Assembly (NCBI RefSeq): GCF_009914755.1
Contig: NC_060947.1
Direction: 5' to 3' (one strand)
Length of the DNA: 64,000 nt
From: the human T2T-CHM13v2.0 reference genome, Homo sapiens
In this document: positions 39,935 to 52,195 of the stretch, piece after piece
Layout of the letters: each line of letters opens with the position of its first letter
How positions within the stretch are numbered: position 1 is the stretch's first letter
The notes under the pieces: model-generated
The model's database searches: none
What the model was told of the DNA's origin: nothing
Seen by the model: only the letters and a program-made list of their open reading frames with translations
Program-made: the position numbers and the translations under genes

Positions 39935-40503
39935 AGCAAGTTCAACACAGAATTGCCATATGATCCTCTAATTCCTCTCCTACATACACGTCCTCAAAGA
40001 ATTGAAAGCAGGGATGCAAACAGATACGTGTACATGGATGTTCATAGCAGCATTATTCACAAGAGTCAAAAGGTGGAAACAACCCAGGTGTCCATCAATG
40101 GATGAATGGATCAACAAAATATAGTTTATACATACAATGGAATATTATTCAGTCATAAAAAGGGATGAAATGCTGACACATGCTACAATATGGATGAATC
40201 TCGAAAACATTATGCTAAGTGAAAGACGAAAAGCAACATATTGTATGATTCCATTCACGTGAAGTGTCCAAAATAGATAAATCTATAGAAACAGAAAGTA
40301 GATTCATGGTTGCCCAGGGCTGGGAGAAAGAGGGAATAAGGAATGACTGCTAATGGGTATGGGGTTTCCATTAGGGGTATAAAAAAAGTTCCAGAACTGG
40401 GTAGTGGTGACAGTTGCCAAACATTGTGAAATTACTTAATGCCACTGAATTGTACTTTAAAGTGGTGAATTTTATGTCATGTGTATGTAATCACAATTTT
40501 AAA
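39935..40503 (+). mobile_element. L1MB-type 3' end (ORF2 end + 3'UTR)
   Basis: acagaattgccatatgatcc...gttcatagcagcattattcac...ggaaacaacccaggtgtccatcaatggatgaatgg...aaacattatgctaagtgaaag. Confidence 0.92.
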
Positions 40504-40571
40504 GTGTGTGCTGTAATGATGCTGCACCCCTTAGTCGCCAAGGCCCCAGAACCGTGGAGTGATCTGCACTG

Positions 40572-40664
40572 AGGGTAACCAACTACACTGGTTTGCCCTG
40601 TCTGTTCCTGATTTAGCACTGAAAGCCGCTCAGTCACAGGCACACCAGGCTGATTGCTGACTCT
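40572..40664. mobile_element. MER81-like hAT-Blackjack MITE
   Basis: agggtaaccaact...ggtttgccc...ttagcactgaaag...ctcagtc. Confidence 0.65.
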
Positions 40665-40769
40665 CTGGAATCCTACTTCCTCCTGGCTGTGGGAGCTGAG
40701 GCAGAGTTGTTACCTACTCCGAGTCATGGTTTCCTGCCCAGTGGGTGTGCTTCAGGATTAGATGGGATA

Positions 40770-41170
40770 ATAAATAATAACAGTAATCACAGCCAACAGT
40801 TATAGAGCACTTGGTTCAGGCACTGTTAACAGCCAGTGCTTCCAACTTCCACATGAACCCCCTGGAGGTCTTGTAGGCATGCAGATGCAGATTCAGCAGG
40901 TCTGGGGCAGGCCTGTTACCCTACATTTTTAGGGAGCTCCCAGGAAATGCTGGTCCACCGACCACACTTGCAGAACCATAGTTCTAAGCTCTTTGCATAT
41001 GTTAATTCATTCAATCCCCACAATAACCTAGTGAGGTAAAAACCCTATTCACATCCCCATTCTACAGACAAAGCTGGAGGCACAAGGAGCTTTCAGTGAC
41101 TTGTCCAAAGTCGCAGAGCTGGGAGGTGAGAGAGCCAGGATTGGAACCCAGGGCAGTCTGGCAACTGAAG
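40770..41170 (-). mobile_element. MIR interrupted by a MER5-family MITE (~40833-40981)
   Basis: MIR halves tatagagcactt...aggcactgtt and ttaattcattcaatccccacaataaccta...cccattctacagac...gtgacttgtccaaagtc. Confidence 0.75.
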
Positions 41171-43207
41171 CCACAGTTGCCACCAGTACCCTTTTCCATT
41201 ACAGAGATAATGTGGGTAAAGAATTCAGCACCAGGCCTGCCACAGGGTAACCCTTTCGAAAAAAGAGTGCTATTGCTGTTGTGAATTACATTAGAAGCCT
41301 GCTTGTCCTTGAGAAAATCATTCATCTTTTCAGATTCCTCACTAGACCACACAGCCTGTAATGTCTTGCCAGTTCTCATCCGATCTATAGGCAAGGGACT
41401 GCCCTGCCAGCCAAGAGTTCACAGCCAAGGTCTTCCTTCTCTTGTCTTTCTTTTTCAGTAAATTGTTCAGAACTCCCCAGGAGCTGAGCCCCAGGGATGG
41501 GCTTCTCCGCAACCCTGCAATCTACCAAAGCAAAGAACCTGAGTCTCTCACCCTGTCTTTCAACAGTAACCTCCTCCAACCCCCCCCACCCGCCCATTGG
41601 AGAGGCAGGGATGATGACTTACATCTCTATCCCCAGTGCCTAATTCTCAACCTGGCATAAGTGCCCAACACACACCAAGTACCTGTCAGCTACCTCTGTG
41701 CCTCTCAAGTCTCAGTTTCAGGATCTGTAAAATGAAGATGCTAATACCTACCTAGAATCCCAGCCTATGCTGTCGGACTAGTAGAACAATCCTTTCCCAC
41801 TGCACTGCAGATCTGTGAGTTAACACCTACTGTATGCCTTGAACTATGATACAGCCAGAGAGAGATGACTGGAACAGAAGCACCTCCCTGTCCCCCATCT
41901 GGCAGTTTTGTGATTTCTCACAGCAGATGGTTCTATGGGAATCGGGACTAAGAGGCGGACTGCATAGCACAACTGAGTGCTTTTAGTGGATCTGACCAGC
42001 CTGTGGGAGGGAACCTAGGATGGCTCTGTGAGAAAAGGGGGAAGACAGGCTTGATCTGAGTCTTGACTGAAGTCCAAGAAAATATTTGGATCTACAGAAG
42101 GGAGGTTTCCCAAGCCAGGGCACTAACAGCTGACAGCTGTCACCCTATCCCATGTGCCCTGTTCAAAGAGTCTTCTGAGCTGGTCTGGTCTGGGAGGGAG
42201 TGTGAGATGGGAAGCCGGTCAGGCAGAGGGCAGACGGTAGGCTTCCATGGGGTGGGTCTGGCCTGAATGGGTTTGTGCAGGAGGGGGCTGCCTTGAAGTG
42301 GTCCCCTCCCTTCCAACAGAGCTTGAGGCCCTGGAGCTTTTGCAGCTCTCACTGCCCTCCCTCCTTACCCCAACAAAGGCCTTCCAAAGGGACAGCTTCC
42401 AGAGGTCTCCCTGAATCCATATGTGGGTTTTGGCTCTTCCAGTTTTTGGCTCTACTCAGCGGCAGGGGATTTGAGGGGTGGTTGTGTGATTTGTACAGCT
42501 GTCATTAGGGTAATTGCATGATATTTTCCCAAATTTCTCCTGCAGCTTCAGGATGGGTTTCCAAACTTCCTGCCCTAACAGGGGCTCTAGTGAGAGAAGC
42601 TGGCTCTGAGCCTCCCAAGCAGCTGCTAACAGCACCCAGGGACAGCCCTTCCCATTCTTTCCATGGAACCAGGCTGGACCCAGTATTCCAGGACCAGGAA
42701 GAGGGGAAGAATGGGGCCCCCGGGTTGGAGGTATGGTGGCTTCATAAAAGGCACAATGGTGGTCACTGTTAATTGTACCCAGTGTCACTTCCCCCTCTCA
42801 ATATGGAAACAGGTACAAATGAAACCTGTGCTTCTTCTGAAAAAGCAAGGACACCTTCTCATGACACCAGGATTTGGAAAGTTCTCTTACTGTCCTCAAA
42901 AAAGAAGACCAGCCAAAATCCTGTAGCATATCTCTCAGCACCTTCTGAACCCATCCTAGTTATATACAGAATGAGTGTCTCAAGCTGGCTTAGGTTAGTG
43001 GCCAGAAAGCTGGTGTGGCAAGCAAGTAGGGAGTTATGTAGGCCTGGCCCAGGTAGGGGATCAGAGCATTTCCAGCAAGCCAAATGAATGAATGGAAGGA
43101 AAAATGCATACTGGGGACCAGTTTGGATCTGCCTGGTGAAGGATTACCTCCCTCCCTTCTCAAGTGGATTTGGCCACTCACTTCTCACTCAGCCTGACAG
43201 ATATTTA

Positions 43208-43517
43208 TTTGTTTGTGTGTTTGTTTGAGACAGGGTCTCACTCTGTCACTCAGATGGGAATGCTGTGGCCCAATCATAGCTCACTGCAGCCTCCAACTTC
43301 TGGGTTCAAGGGATCCTCCCCCTTCAGCCTCCTGAGTAGCAGGAACTACAGGTGTGTGCCACTATGTTCGGCTAATTTTTTTTTTCAGTAGAGACTTAGT
43401 AGAGACAAAGTCTCATTGTGTTGCCTAGGCTGGTCTCAAACTCCTGGGTTCAAGCAATCCTCCTGCTTCAGCCTCCCAAAGTGCTAGGATTACAGGTGTG
43501 AGCCACTGCACCCATTA
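43208..43517 (-). mobile_element. AluJ
   Basis: gagacagggtctcactctgtca...atcatagctcactgcagcctc (AluJ diagnostics). Perfect 15-bp TSD cctgacagatattta at 43193-43207 and 43518-43532. Confidence 0.95.
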
Positions 43518-43577
43518 CCTGACAGATATTTAATGCTCTGGACTGGCTCCTCCAGCTTTCCAAAATGTGTGTGCCTG

Positions 43578-43619
43578 CACACACACACACACACACACAC
43601 ACACTCATACACGCACACA
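43578..43619. repeat. (CA)n microsatellite
   Basis: Pure CA run of ~13 units, then degenerate. Confidence 0.9.
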
Positions 43620-44369
43620 GAAAAAAGTGCTAGAGATGATGCTCCCTGGATCTGGCTTCCTGGACTGCCCAGGAAAGAGTCTCCACTGCCCAGGAAAGAG
43701 TTTCCGTGTTGGGCCCTCTGAGGCTGCAACAGCCAAGGAGACCATAGGCAGATCTTCTGGCTGTAGGCTTCAGGGCCCGTGTTCCTTCTGACCTGCTGGC
43801 TAGGGAGTGGGATGCACCGTGGAGAGCCTCGTCACTTAGCATCGCGTCTGCTCCGACATGATGCCTCCGAGTAATGTAATTTATATTTCATGCACAATTG
43901 AAGCAGCTAATGGTGTAATTCTCCAAGGGGGAAACAAGTTGTTATAGTGTTAATTACATTGCAGGCATGTTCCCTCTCCTTTGCCCCCCAACTGCTCCAA
44001 GGGAAGTTACCAGGTAGTAACGGAGTGGGTGTCCAAGAACATGGCTTTGGTGGGCTCCACTGACACTGGGGCTGAGCAGTGGCAGGAGGGCCAAGGACGC
44101 TTTCATCCTCCCTGTTGAGAGTAGCAGTCTTGGCTCAGACTCCCCAGAGGTCTGGATTTCCTTGTCCAGCCTGTTAATTGAACCTTGCTGGGCTGGGGTG
44201 CCCCTTCTGTGTTCACCAGGACACTGCTGGGGGCGGGGCAGCGGGTGGGTGGGGGGTAAAGCAGAGATGATACTTTTGGGAAAGGAGCCAAAACACAATC
44301 AAAACAAACAAAACCCAGCCTAGCCATCAGCAGCTGATGCCTGTAGAGCTTGGTGGTTGGGCAAGTGGC

Positions 44370-44590
44370 CTCTGAGGGAAGACTGCTGGGATTGGAATCC
44401 CAGCTCTGCCACTTATAAACTGAAAAACCCCAGGGGAAATTATGTCCCCTCTATGAGCATCAGTTTTCTCAACTGTACAATGGGGATAATAAATTATCAG
44501 CCCCACAGGTTTGCAGTGAGGATTAAATGAGTTAATATGTATGCAGTGTTTAGAATACTGGCATATAGCTTTAGTAAATGGAATTTATTA
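44370..44590 (+). mobile_element. MIR
   Basis: ggaatcccagctctgccactta...cagttttctcaactgtacaatggggataat...gtgaggattaaatgagttaata. Confidence 0.85.
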
Positions 44591-45154
44591 TGGTAGGAGG
44601 GAGTAAATGGAGTTGAACTGTCGTAAGGTTCTGGCATTTTCTATAAAGTGGCAGAAGTACATATTTTTTATACATTCATGGAAACTAAATCTACTGAAAA
44701 AGAACAAATGTCTTGCTTTTCAAAAAAAGGAGAAATGTAGATTTTGAGGAATTATAGAACCATGAAGTTGAGGACGTTTCCCAGAAAAAAAAATTAATTT
44801 GATTGTTAAAGTGGTAGTCTTTTAACTTCTGGCAAAAGAAAGACAAAATAGGGGAGGATCAGAGGGAGGAAAGAAAGAACAAACAAACGAATGAAGGACT
44901 CAAGTCAGGCCACACTGACTCTGTATCTTTTTCAGTGATATATCAGAGTAAGTCACCCGATGGATCAGAGAAAAGCAATGCACATAATTATACCTGATTT
45001 ATGCAGAGCATTTTACAAAAATCTCAAATCTTATTCTTATGGAAAATATGAGCAAAAGTGAACTGACTGGTAATATAATTTGCTAAATTGAAGCTGATTG
45101 AATTAATTGTATGCCTATGTGGGTTTGAACCCCACTTCTGGTACCCATTCCTAT

Positions 45155-45558
45155 ATTAGCCAGGGTATACTAACTGCTTTAACAACTCACCCCAAAATTT
45201 CAATGGCTTAGGCAATAAAGTTCCTTGCTCACATCACAGCAAAATATGATCAGCAAGAGAAACTTTTCCCCACATAGTCATTCAGATGCATGGGTCCTTC
45301 CATATTATGATACTACCATCTTTAATTTATGACCTCCAAGGCTTCCAGAGAAAGAGTAGAGAGGAAAATCTTGTGTGGGAGATTTCTGCAAGCCAGGACT
45401 AGAAATGGTGTACATAATCTCCACCCACATTCCACTGGCAAGAATTCAGTCACATGGGAGCACACAGTACACGGGGGCTGGGAAATGAGGTTTAGCCATG
45501 TGGCCAGAAAGAAGAGGAGAATATGGATATCACTGAGCACTAGCAATGTCTTCTGCAA
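45155..45558 (-). mobile_element. MLT1I/J/K-like LTR
   Basis: tattagccaggg...ctgctttaacaactcaccccaaaatttcaatggctta...cacattccactggcaagaattcagtcacatgg. Confidence 0.7.
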
Positions 45559-46240
45559 GTATTGATCCACAATGATGTCACTCTTCAGGAAGATCTCTGG
45601 TGGCACTCAAAACTCTATCTCTTGCCCTGCCCTAAGCAACGTTCTTTCCTTTCAGTGACTTAGATGAAGACGTAGAATGTGCCTTATTATCCCTCTGGGG
45701 TGTAACTCATTCAGGTTATCTTATGTAATGGCAGTTTACTGGGAGTCTCCAGTAAGAGAGAATGCCATATGGCCAGATCTCACACCGACTGTACTATTGC
45801 AGAAATGGAAATATCTAACACAGCCATAGAGTCTAGATTATCAAATAAACCTTCTCCCCTCCCCGGCAGCAGGAGTTCACTCTCTCCACTTGATGATGCT
45901 CTGTATTAAACGTGACTCAACTATTCTCCTAAACTTACTTCTCTCTGTATGTTTGTCTACTTCCTCTCCTCCCACCAGGTGAACAATTCTATATCCTGCT
46001 TCTCCATGGAAATTCCTGAGTGGGAGAGGAAATGTGTCTGATTTGTCCAGAGAATGGTTGTGGTACCTGCTTAGGCAAAGCATGAGCTTTCAAACCAGAT
46101 CCCCTGTAGGCATTTGGGCAGTGTAGGACTTGGCTGGCTTTGGACAGGAAAGAAGGCTTGTTTAGCAAGTTTCCAGGTAAGACAAACCTGGAAATAAAAG
46201 CTATTATGATGGATAAAAAACTAAGCCTCAAAAAGATTTC

Positions 46241-46358
46241 ACTGGACTGGAGTGATGAGCTGAATTCAAAAATATTAAATATAAATTAAGGTATATTTTA
46301 ATTAAAATGTTAAATATAAATTAATATTTTTGAGTTAAGCTCATCACTCCAGTTTAGT
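46241..46358. repeat. 118-bp inverted repeat (38-bp arms, 42-bp AT-rich spacer)
   Basis: 46241-46278 versus the reverse complement of 46321-46358: 34/38 identical. Confidence 0.93.
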
Positions 46359-46870
46359 CAGGAACCCATCTGGAACAAATCACACACTCGGAAAGTTTCA
46401 CTTAAGAGAGTTTAATTAAGGAGCTATTTACAGAGGTGGAGGCAGTGTTAAGGAAACTAACAACAAATGCTGAAGCTTGCAGAGGCTAGAACAGCAGAAA
46501 GCTGCTGCCGCTTCTAGGCCTGAAAGGGCAAGGGAAACAAATGGTTTTGTCACAATTCAGCACAACAACCATGGAAAAGATGCCACCAGACATGAGCTGT
46601 GGCTATGGGTAGAGAAATGCAGCCACTGTCAATATTGTGACCTGGATGAGAGAGATTATTTGGGGATGGGTTAAATACCCAAAATATGGACAAAATACCC
46701 AAACTCACACTCCTACCTCACTCTAAACTCCTGTGGGTGCCACCCATTAACCACAGCCAACAGTGAGCCACAGGACCAGTGATGCCATCTACAGAGGTCA
46801 GCCTCCCAAGACACAGAACACAGCAAAGAGCAGAGAACGGATCTGGAAGTAGAAAAAGAGAATTGTTCGT
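46355..46870 (-). mobile_element. Old ERVL-class solo LTR
   Basis: agagagtttaattaaggagctatttacagaggtg...gatgccatctacagaggtcagcctccc...ggatctgg. Family not determined. Confidence 0.55.
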
Positions 46871-47836
46871 GCAAAGATTCCCAGAAATACATGTAAAATG
46901 TTGGCATTCAGTTTAGAAAGTCAGTTGCATAAAAATTAGATAGGGCACATTTCACGTGAAATTGCTGCAGGAGTGTGATCTAGCTCTAAGTTCTGTGTGA
47001 AACAACTGTGGATGCATTAATAGGAGCAAGGGGTCTCATTTGGGGAGGTTACAGCCCATGTGCCCACTGCTTTCTGCCCTGATTCAACCACATCTGGGGT
47101 TCTGAGCAAGGCTGGGTCTCATGCTTTAGAAGAAATATTTACAACCGAGGCAACCAACATATTGAAGAGACTGAGAGCCAAGTGTAAGGAGGAAAGACTG
47201 AAGAGGATGGGGAGCAACACTTCGGCCAAAGAGAAGATGCCTTAAGACAAAGACTTTAACTTTCTCCAAGTATTTGAAGTGCAGAGAGGAAGATTTCTCT
47301 TTTGGACACAGCTTCAAGCTCTCAATATCCTCAGGCTGTATGGCACCACTCTTAGGAAGTCCCATAGCAAACTGACTTCACAGCCTTTTCCCACCTTGTT
47401 CCACCCTGTTGCAATTGTTCGTTTGCTTGTGTATCTTTCCTACTAACTGAGGGCAAAGGGCAAACACTTTTTTTAACCATCGCACTTCAATACCTACTGC
47501 TTCGCTCCTGGGAGGTGCTCAAGAGAATATTTGTTCATTGAGTGAAATGTTCCTGCAGGAGCTAGAGAGTCCCCTGCAGGAACGTGGAGAAGAACATGTG
47601 TGCAGTGGATGGCAGTGGGGCATATTCCATCCAGTTTTAAAGTCCGCAACTGCAGATGTGTGAGTCTGGCCACAGATATCTGCTCTCTCTAAACCTCAGT
47701 TTCCTTACTGTTACTGGGAGTGTTTTGAAGACTCGAGGGGCTAGTTTATTTGCAAAAAGGTCAGAACATGGCAAGTGTTCAGAAAATGGCCATTGTTGTT
47801 ATTGTTTCTGTTTGAATGATTCAGGCTGGTGAAAAC

Positions 47837-48255
47837 TGTCTTAGGTTGGATTCTTCAGGAGACCTTGAGACAAGGTTCACATCAAAGTGGCTTTTAGTAT
47901 TAAATGTAAGGCAGTAAGGAAGTGGTACTGAGGAGGGGAGGCCAACAAAGGTGTAAAATCAGGCAAAGTCCCATGGTAGGTAACTATGGGGACAGTGGAG
48001 GTCACATCTCAAGAGTCTTGGCTGGGGTATTTACCCAACCCCAACACATACCCATTAGCATTACTGGTCCAGGGTACCCCAGGGAAACAGAAATTCCCAG
48101 GCATTTTTGTTCTGTTTGCCCCCAGGAGAAGCAGCTGCAGTAGCTTGAGGGCAATCCACCTACAAAAGACACAGATGCCTGGTGTTGGCCGGGAAAGCCC
48201 ATCAAGAGCGGTTGTGCATGGCAACAGTAAAAGGATGGTTTGTTACACTAGTACA
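47837..48255 (-). mobile_element. LTR33/LTR16-like ERVL LTR
   Basis: tgtcttaggttggattcttcaggagaccttgagacaagg...gctggggtatttacc. Confidence 0.55.
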
Positions 48256-48822
48256 AAAAGAGGTGGCCAGAGGCCAACGTTGCCAGGGAAGCCCCATTCC
48301 CCTCCCTCCAGGTGGAGGGAGGCCTTATATATTTCTGGTCAAATGCTTAGGTTGCAGACTCCAGGGCCTTAGTGCTCCAGAGAGTCTGTGAGCCAGAGGA
48401 GCCATGTCCCCGATGAGACACCTGCCTCCCCTCTCCTATGCTCATCCTAGTCTCGTTGGAGTGTGTTTGGCCTCTGAGATCATCTCAGGCTGTTATCAAA
48501 CAGGAGTTCCCCATTGTGGCCCTGAGAGCCCCAGGGTCCCACAGAAGCTGCTAAGAGCAGATTTAGCAAGTACAGAGCAATAATCCCTGAGCTGATTTTT
48601 CTGTAGTTGTTTTCTTCTTTTCATCCTTTAACTTCCTGAGGACATGATACCTCTGATCCAGTCTCATTCTCCTTCCTGTCTCCCTGTTACACACTGCTCT
48701 GGCCCCTGTGGCAGTGTGTGTGGTCCAGGGAGCACTCAAGGGTGTCATCAGGACACTGCCCACCCTCTGTGGCTTCGGCAAGATTCTTTGGAATGGTTTC
48801 TGGCTTTAGAAGTTTAACTGCT

Positions 48823-49188
48823 TGTTATAGTTTGTATATATGTCACCACCAAATCTCATGTTGAAATGTAATCCCCAATGTTGGAGGTGGGGCCTGGTGA
48901 GAAGTGTTTGGGTCATGGAGCCAGTTTTCCAGAGATCTGGTTGTTTTAAAGTGTGGTACCTTCCCCAACTCTCTCTCTCTTTTGCTTCTGCTTTTGCCAT
49001 GTGACGTGCCTGCTCCCACTTTGCCTTCTGCCATGAGTAAAAAAACTCCCTGAGGCCTCCCTGGAAGCCAAGCAGATGCGGGCACCATGCGTGTACAGCC
49101 TGCAGAACCATGAGCCAATTAAACCTTTTTTCTTTATAAATTACCCAGTCTCAGGTATTCTTTTATAGCAACACAAAACGGACTAACA
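48823..49188 (+). mobile_element. MSTB-type solo LTR
   Basis: tgttatagtttg...caaatctcatgttgaaatgtaatcccc...ggactaaca. TSD ctgct at 48818-48822 and 49189-49193. Confidence 0.93.
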
Positions 49189-49339
49189 CTGCTTTTACTC
49201 TGGAGACCCCTATCCTGCAGAGGTGGGAGAGAAGGAAAAAGCCCATCATCCCAGAATCCAGGTACCCTACATCCCAGGGATCACTGAGCCAGACCTTTGA
49301 CATGCCCCAAGCACAGTTGCAGGGGCCCTAAAGGATGTG

Positions 49340-49713
49340 TGCTGTGGAATGAATGTTTGTATCTCCCTAAAATTTATCTGTTGAAGCCCTAACCTCTAAT
49401 GGGATGATATTAGGAGGTGGGGCTTTTGGGCAGTAATTATATTTAGATGAGACCAGAAAAGTGGGCCCTCCATGATGGCATTAGTGTCCTTATAAGAAGA
49501 GGAAGAGACTAGAACCTTCTCTCTGCTCCCATGTAGGAACACAGCAAGAAGACAGCTGTCTGCAAGCTATGAAGAGAGCCCTCACCAAGAACTGAATCTG
49601 CCAGCACCTTAATCTTGCACTTCCAGCCTCCAGAATTGTAAGAAATCAATGTCTGTTGTTTAAGCCCCCCAGGCTATGGTATTTTGTTATAGCAGCCCAA
49701 GCTAGCTAAGACA
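49340..49713 (+). mobile_element. MLT1A0-like solo LTR
   Basis: tgctgtggaatgaatgtttgt...gttatagcagcccaagctagctaagaca. TSD atgtg at 49335-49339 and 49714-49718. Confidence 0.92.
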
Positions 49714-50094
49714 ATGTGTAAAGTGGTAAGCATGCCTCCTGCTTTCAGGAGTTTGTGATTTTTAAGGTGTCATGTACTGCGGTCACTTGATAACCCCACA
49801 GGCTGCCTCAGGCCCCACCTAAACTTTACTTCCCATCTCTTTCCCCTGCTTGCTGGGAGAAGAACTGCTCTACAGCCACATCAGACTTTATAATGCATGT
49901 GCCCTTGTATTTAACTCCACAAAGTGCTTAGAGCAGCACCTGGCCCATAGTGAGTGCTATGTTCATGTGGTGATGCTGTTATTGCTGATGCTACTTCCGG
50001 TGATGTACTTTCTCCCCATCACACATGCCTGCGGCCAGGGGGAATTATTGGCACCCCCATGAAATAGACAAGGAGACTAAGAGTCAGGATTCTA

Positions 50095-50860
50095 CCCTTA
50101 TTCACTCATCCACTTATCGTGTGTCATTTGTGTGCCAGGCATCCTACAGAATCCTTGGGGTCCGTGTTCTGAGCAAAACAGACATGATCCGTGCCCTCAA
50201 GGAGCTTACAATCTAGTCAGAGAGACAGGCTATTGCCAAACAATCCCACAAACCATATGCAATTGCAAACTGAAACAACCTCTCTGCAGGAAAGGACCCC
50301 AGCTTACACTGGGCGGTCTCCCTGAGAGTATAAAAAGTGGTGTTAAGGCTGAGATATGGAACATAAGGAGGGGCTGACTAAGCCAGGAATTCTCAGCTGT
50401 TAGCTTGCATCAGAGTTTTTGATTCAGGGACTCTGGAGGTATCCTACAAATGTGCATTTCTAAAGAGTTTCCAGGTGAGGTTGATGTTGCTGTTCCTGGG
50501 ACCACACCGTGAGAACCACTGAACTCGGACAAAGGGAGTTGCAAGAGAGCTGTGAGAACAGCATGTGCAAAGATGCTGGGGCAGGCAGGAGAGAATAAGA
50601 CTCGGTAAGGCCAGATTTGCTGGAGCCCTGGGGGTGTGGAGAGCTTCAGAGGTGGAGGGTGAGACTGAAGATGTCAGCAGAGGCCAGACTGTGCACACAG
50701 CGTGGCAGACTGCCCCACATTTAGTTTTTAGCCCAAGAGTGATGAGAAGCCATTTGAAGCTTGAAGCAGGTCAGTGCTATAGCCATATTTGCATGACTCT
50801 GGCTGTTTTGCAAAGAAGGGGTGTGAGTGGATATCAAGAGGCCAGTTAGGTGGCCCAGGC
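50095..50860 (-). mobile_element. L2 fragment with nested MER5-family MITE (~50383-50522)
   Basis: tgtgtgccaggc...gagcaaaacagacatgatccgtgccctcaaggagcttacaatctag...gaacagcatgtgcaaag. Confidence 0.75.
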
Positions 50861-51284
50861 TTTCAAATGCCCTGATGAGTTTTTTGTCCACCCCTGGTTG
50901 CTGCCACCAAACAAATCAACTATGTCTCATATCCCTACCCTCTGCCCATCAAGGCAGAAGCTTTTGTTGCTGCTGTTGCTATGAGGTGAAGGTTTTTCTC
51001 AGAGGCTTGGCTTACAGAGAAGGCACAGCCTCTCTCCTTTAGGGGTCTCTTTTTGTGCTGTGCCATTTGGCATCTGTCCCAAAAAGTAGCAAGTTTAAGA
51101 CCACAGGCTGTGAAATGTGGGCTTTCAAAAACATCAAAACCACTAAAAGAATCAGTACAAGTTGACAGAGAGTTGGTTTCTAAAAATGGAGTGTTTGGGG
51201 AGGGATGAAAGTCAGTGTTTCTAAGGCTGGAGGACGGGGATCACTTCCATGTGTTCAAGACCACATGTTAGAGGAGACTGGGCA

Positions 51285-51520
51285 CAGCATGATGGTTAAG
51301 AATGTGAGCTCTGGAGCCAGTCTTGCTGGGTTCAAGTCCAGGCTCTGAAACTTACTCATAGTGTCTCCTGGGGAGACTTAACCTCTTTCTGTCTCAGTGT
51401 TCTCCATGTATAAAATTGGTATAATAATAGTAACTACTTCATAGGGTTGTTGTGGGGATTCGGTAAGTTAATAAACATGTAGATTCATGCCTGGTATACA
51501 TTTAAATGTTCATTGAATGC
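51285..51520 (+). mobile_element. MIR (near full length)
   Basis: gatggttaagaatgtgagctctggagccag...cttaacctctttctgtctcagt...cttcatagggttgttgtggggatt. Confidence 0.88.
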
Positions 51521-51799
51521 ATTATTATCGTCATTGTCATTACCAGACACATCCATGGGACTTTGGGGAGGATCATTGGGCTTACTGTGGGAAGGGTGGA
51601 TGGATGGCTCTATGTGTCATATCTGCTTTGGCTTTGCTTTCGATTGGTCTTTTAAGAACAGTGGGAGGCTTCAGGGGAAATCATGAGAAGAATAGGAGAA
51701 GGTGAAGAAGAAATCAAATAAAACTGTCCTGGCTGGGGGAGCAGGCAATACCATGCTCTGTCAGAGCCCCTGGGATGCCTTTTGACTGCTTTTGTGCCC

Positions 51800-52195
51800 C
51801 CATTCGGGAGCACACTTCCAGGGTCCCACACCCTTAGCCTGTCTTCCAAGCGCTGTCACTGGGCTATGGAACTCTTCCCCTACAAATGTGAGAAATCGAA
51901 CATGTTTGGGACTTCACATCCCCTCCCCTATCCCCTACAGCTGTTAACATACAATGGTCCCATGGTCCCTTCCCTGAAATGGGACAACTCACCGTCCAGG
52001 GCTCTCCTGCAGAACCAGGCTGAGGCAATTCTCCAAGGACCTTACCTGAGATCACATCCTTACCTGGATTCTTTCCCTCCCTTGTCTAGTTTCCCTCATT
52101 CCCTTACCAGTTTCCTAGGGAACACTTCCTTCAGAAATCCCTTGCACGTGAATTCTCATCTAAGGGTTTGGTTTTGTGAAGGAATCTCATCAAAA
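51800..52195 (+). mobile_element. LTR16/LTR33-like ERVL LTR
   Basis: gggacaactc...gaacacttccttcagaaatcccttgcacgtgaattctcatctaagggtttggtttt. Confidence 0.55.

Larger units (their letters stand above)
44930..47290 (+). mobile_element. Fragmented ancient L3/CR1 LINE (RT region) interrupted by several LTR insertions
   Basis: Pieces at ~44970-45110, ~45560-45690 (cagtgacttagatgaagac, DLDE-like), ~46185-46270 and ~46890-47290 (ggatgcattaataggagc) follow L3 RT order. Confidence 0.55.

Noticed and set aside
39923-40105. ORF with L1-like peptide (ELPYDPLIPLL)
   Set aside because: It is a decayed L1MB ORF2 C-terminus with a frameshift, not a host gene.
43810-43830. REST/RE1-like GCACCnnGGAGAGC
   Set aside because: The left half lacks the TTCAG of the consensus, so it is too degenerate to call.
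46241-46262. Hairpin 5' arm begins ACTGGACT, like the miR-378/422a seed
   Set aside because: The match is only 8 nt and lies at the stem base, whereas Drosha would cut about one helical turn further in. It is treated as coincidence.
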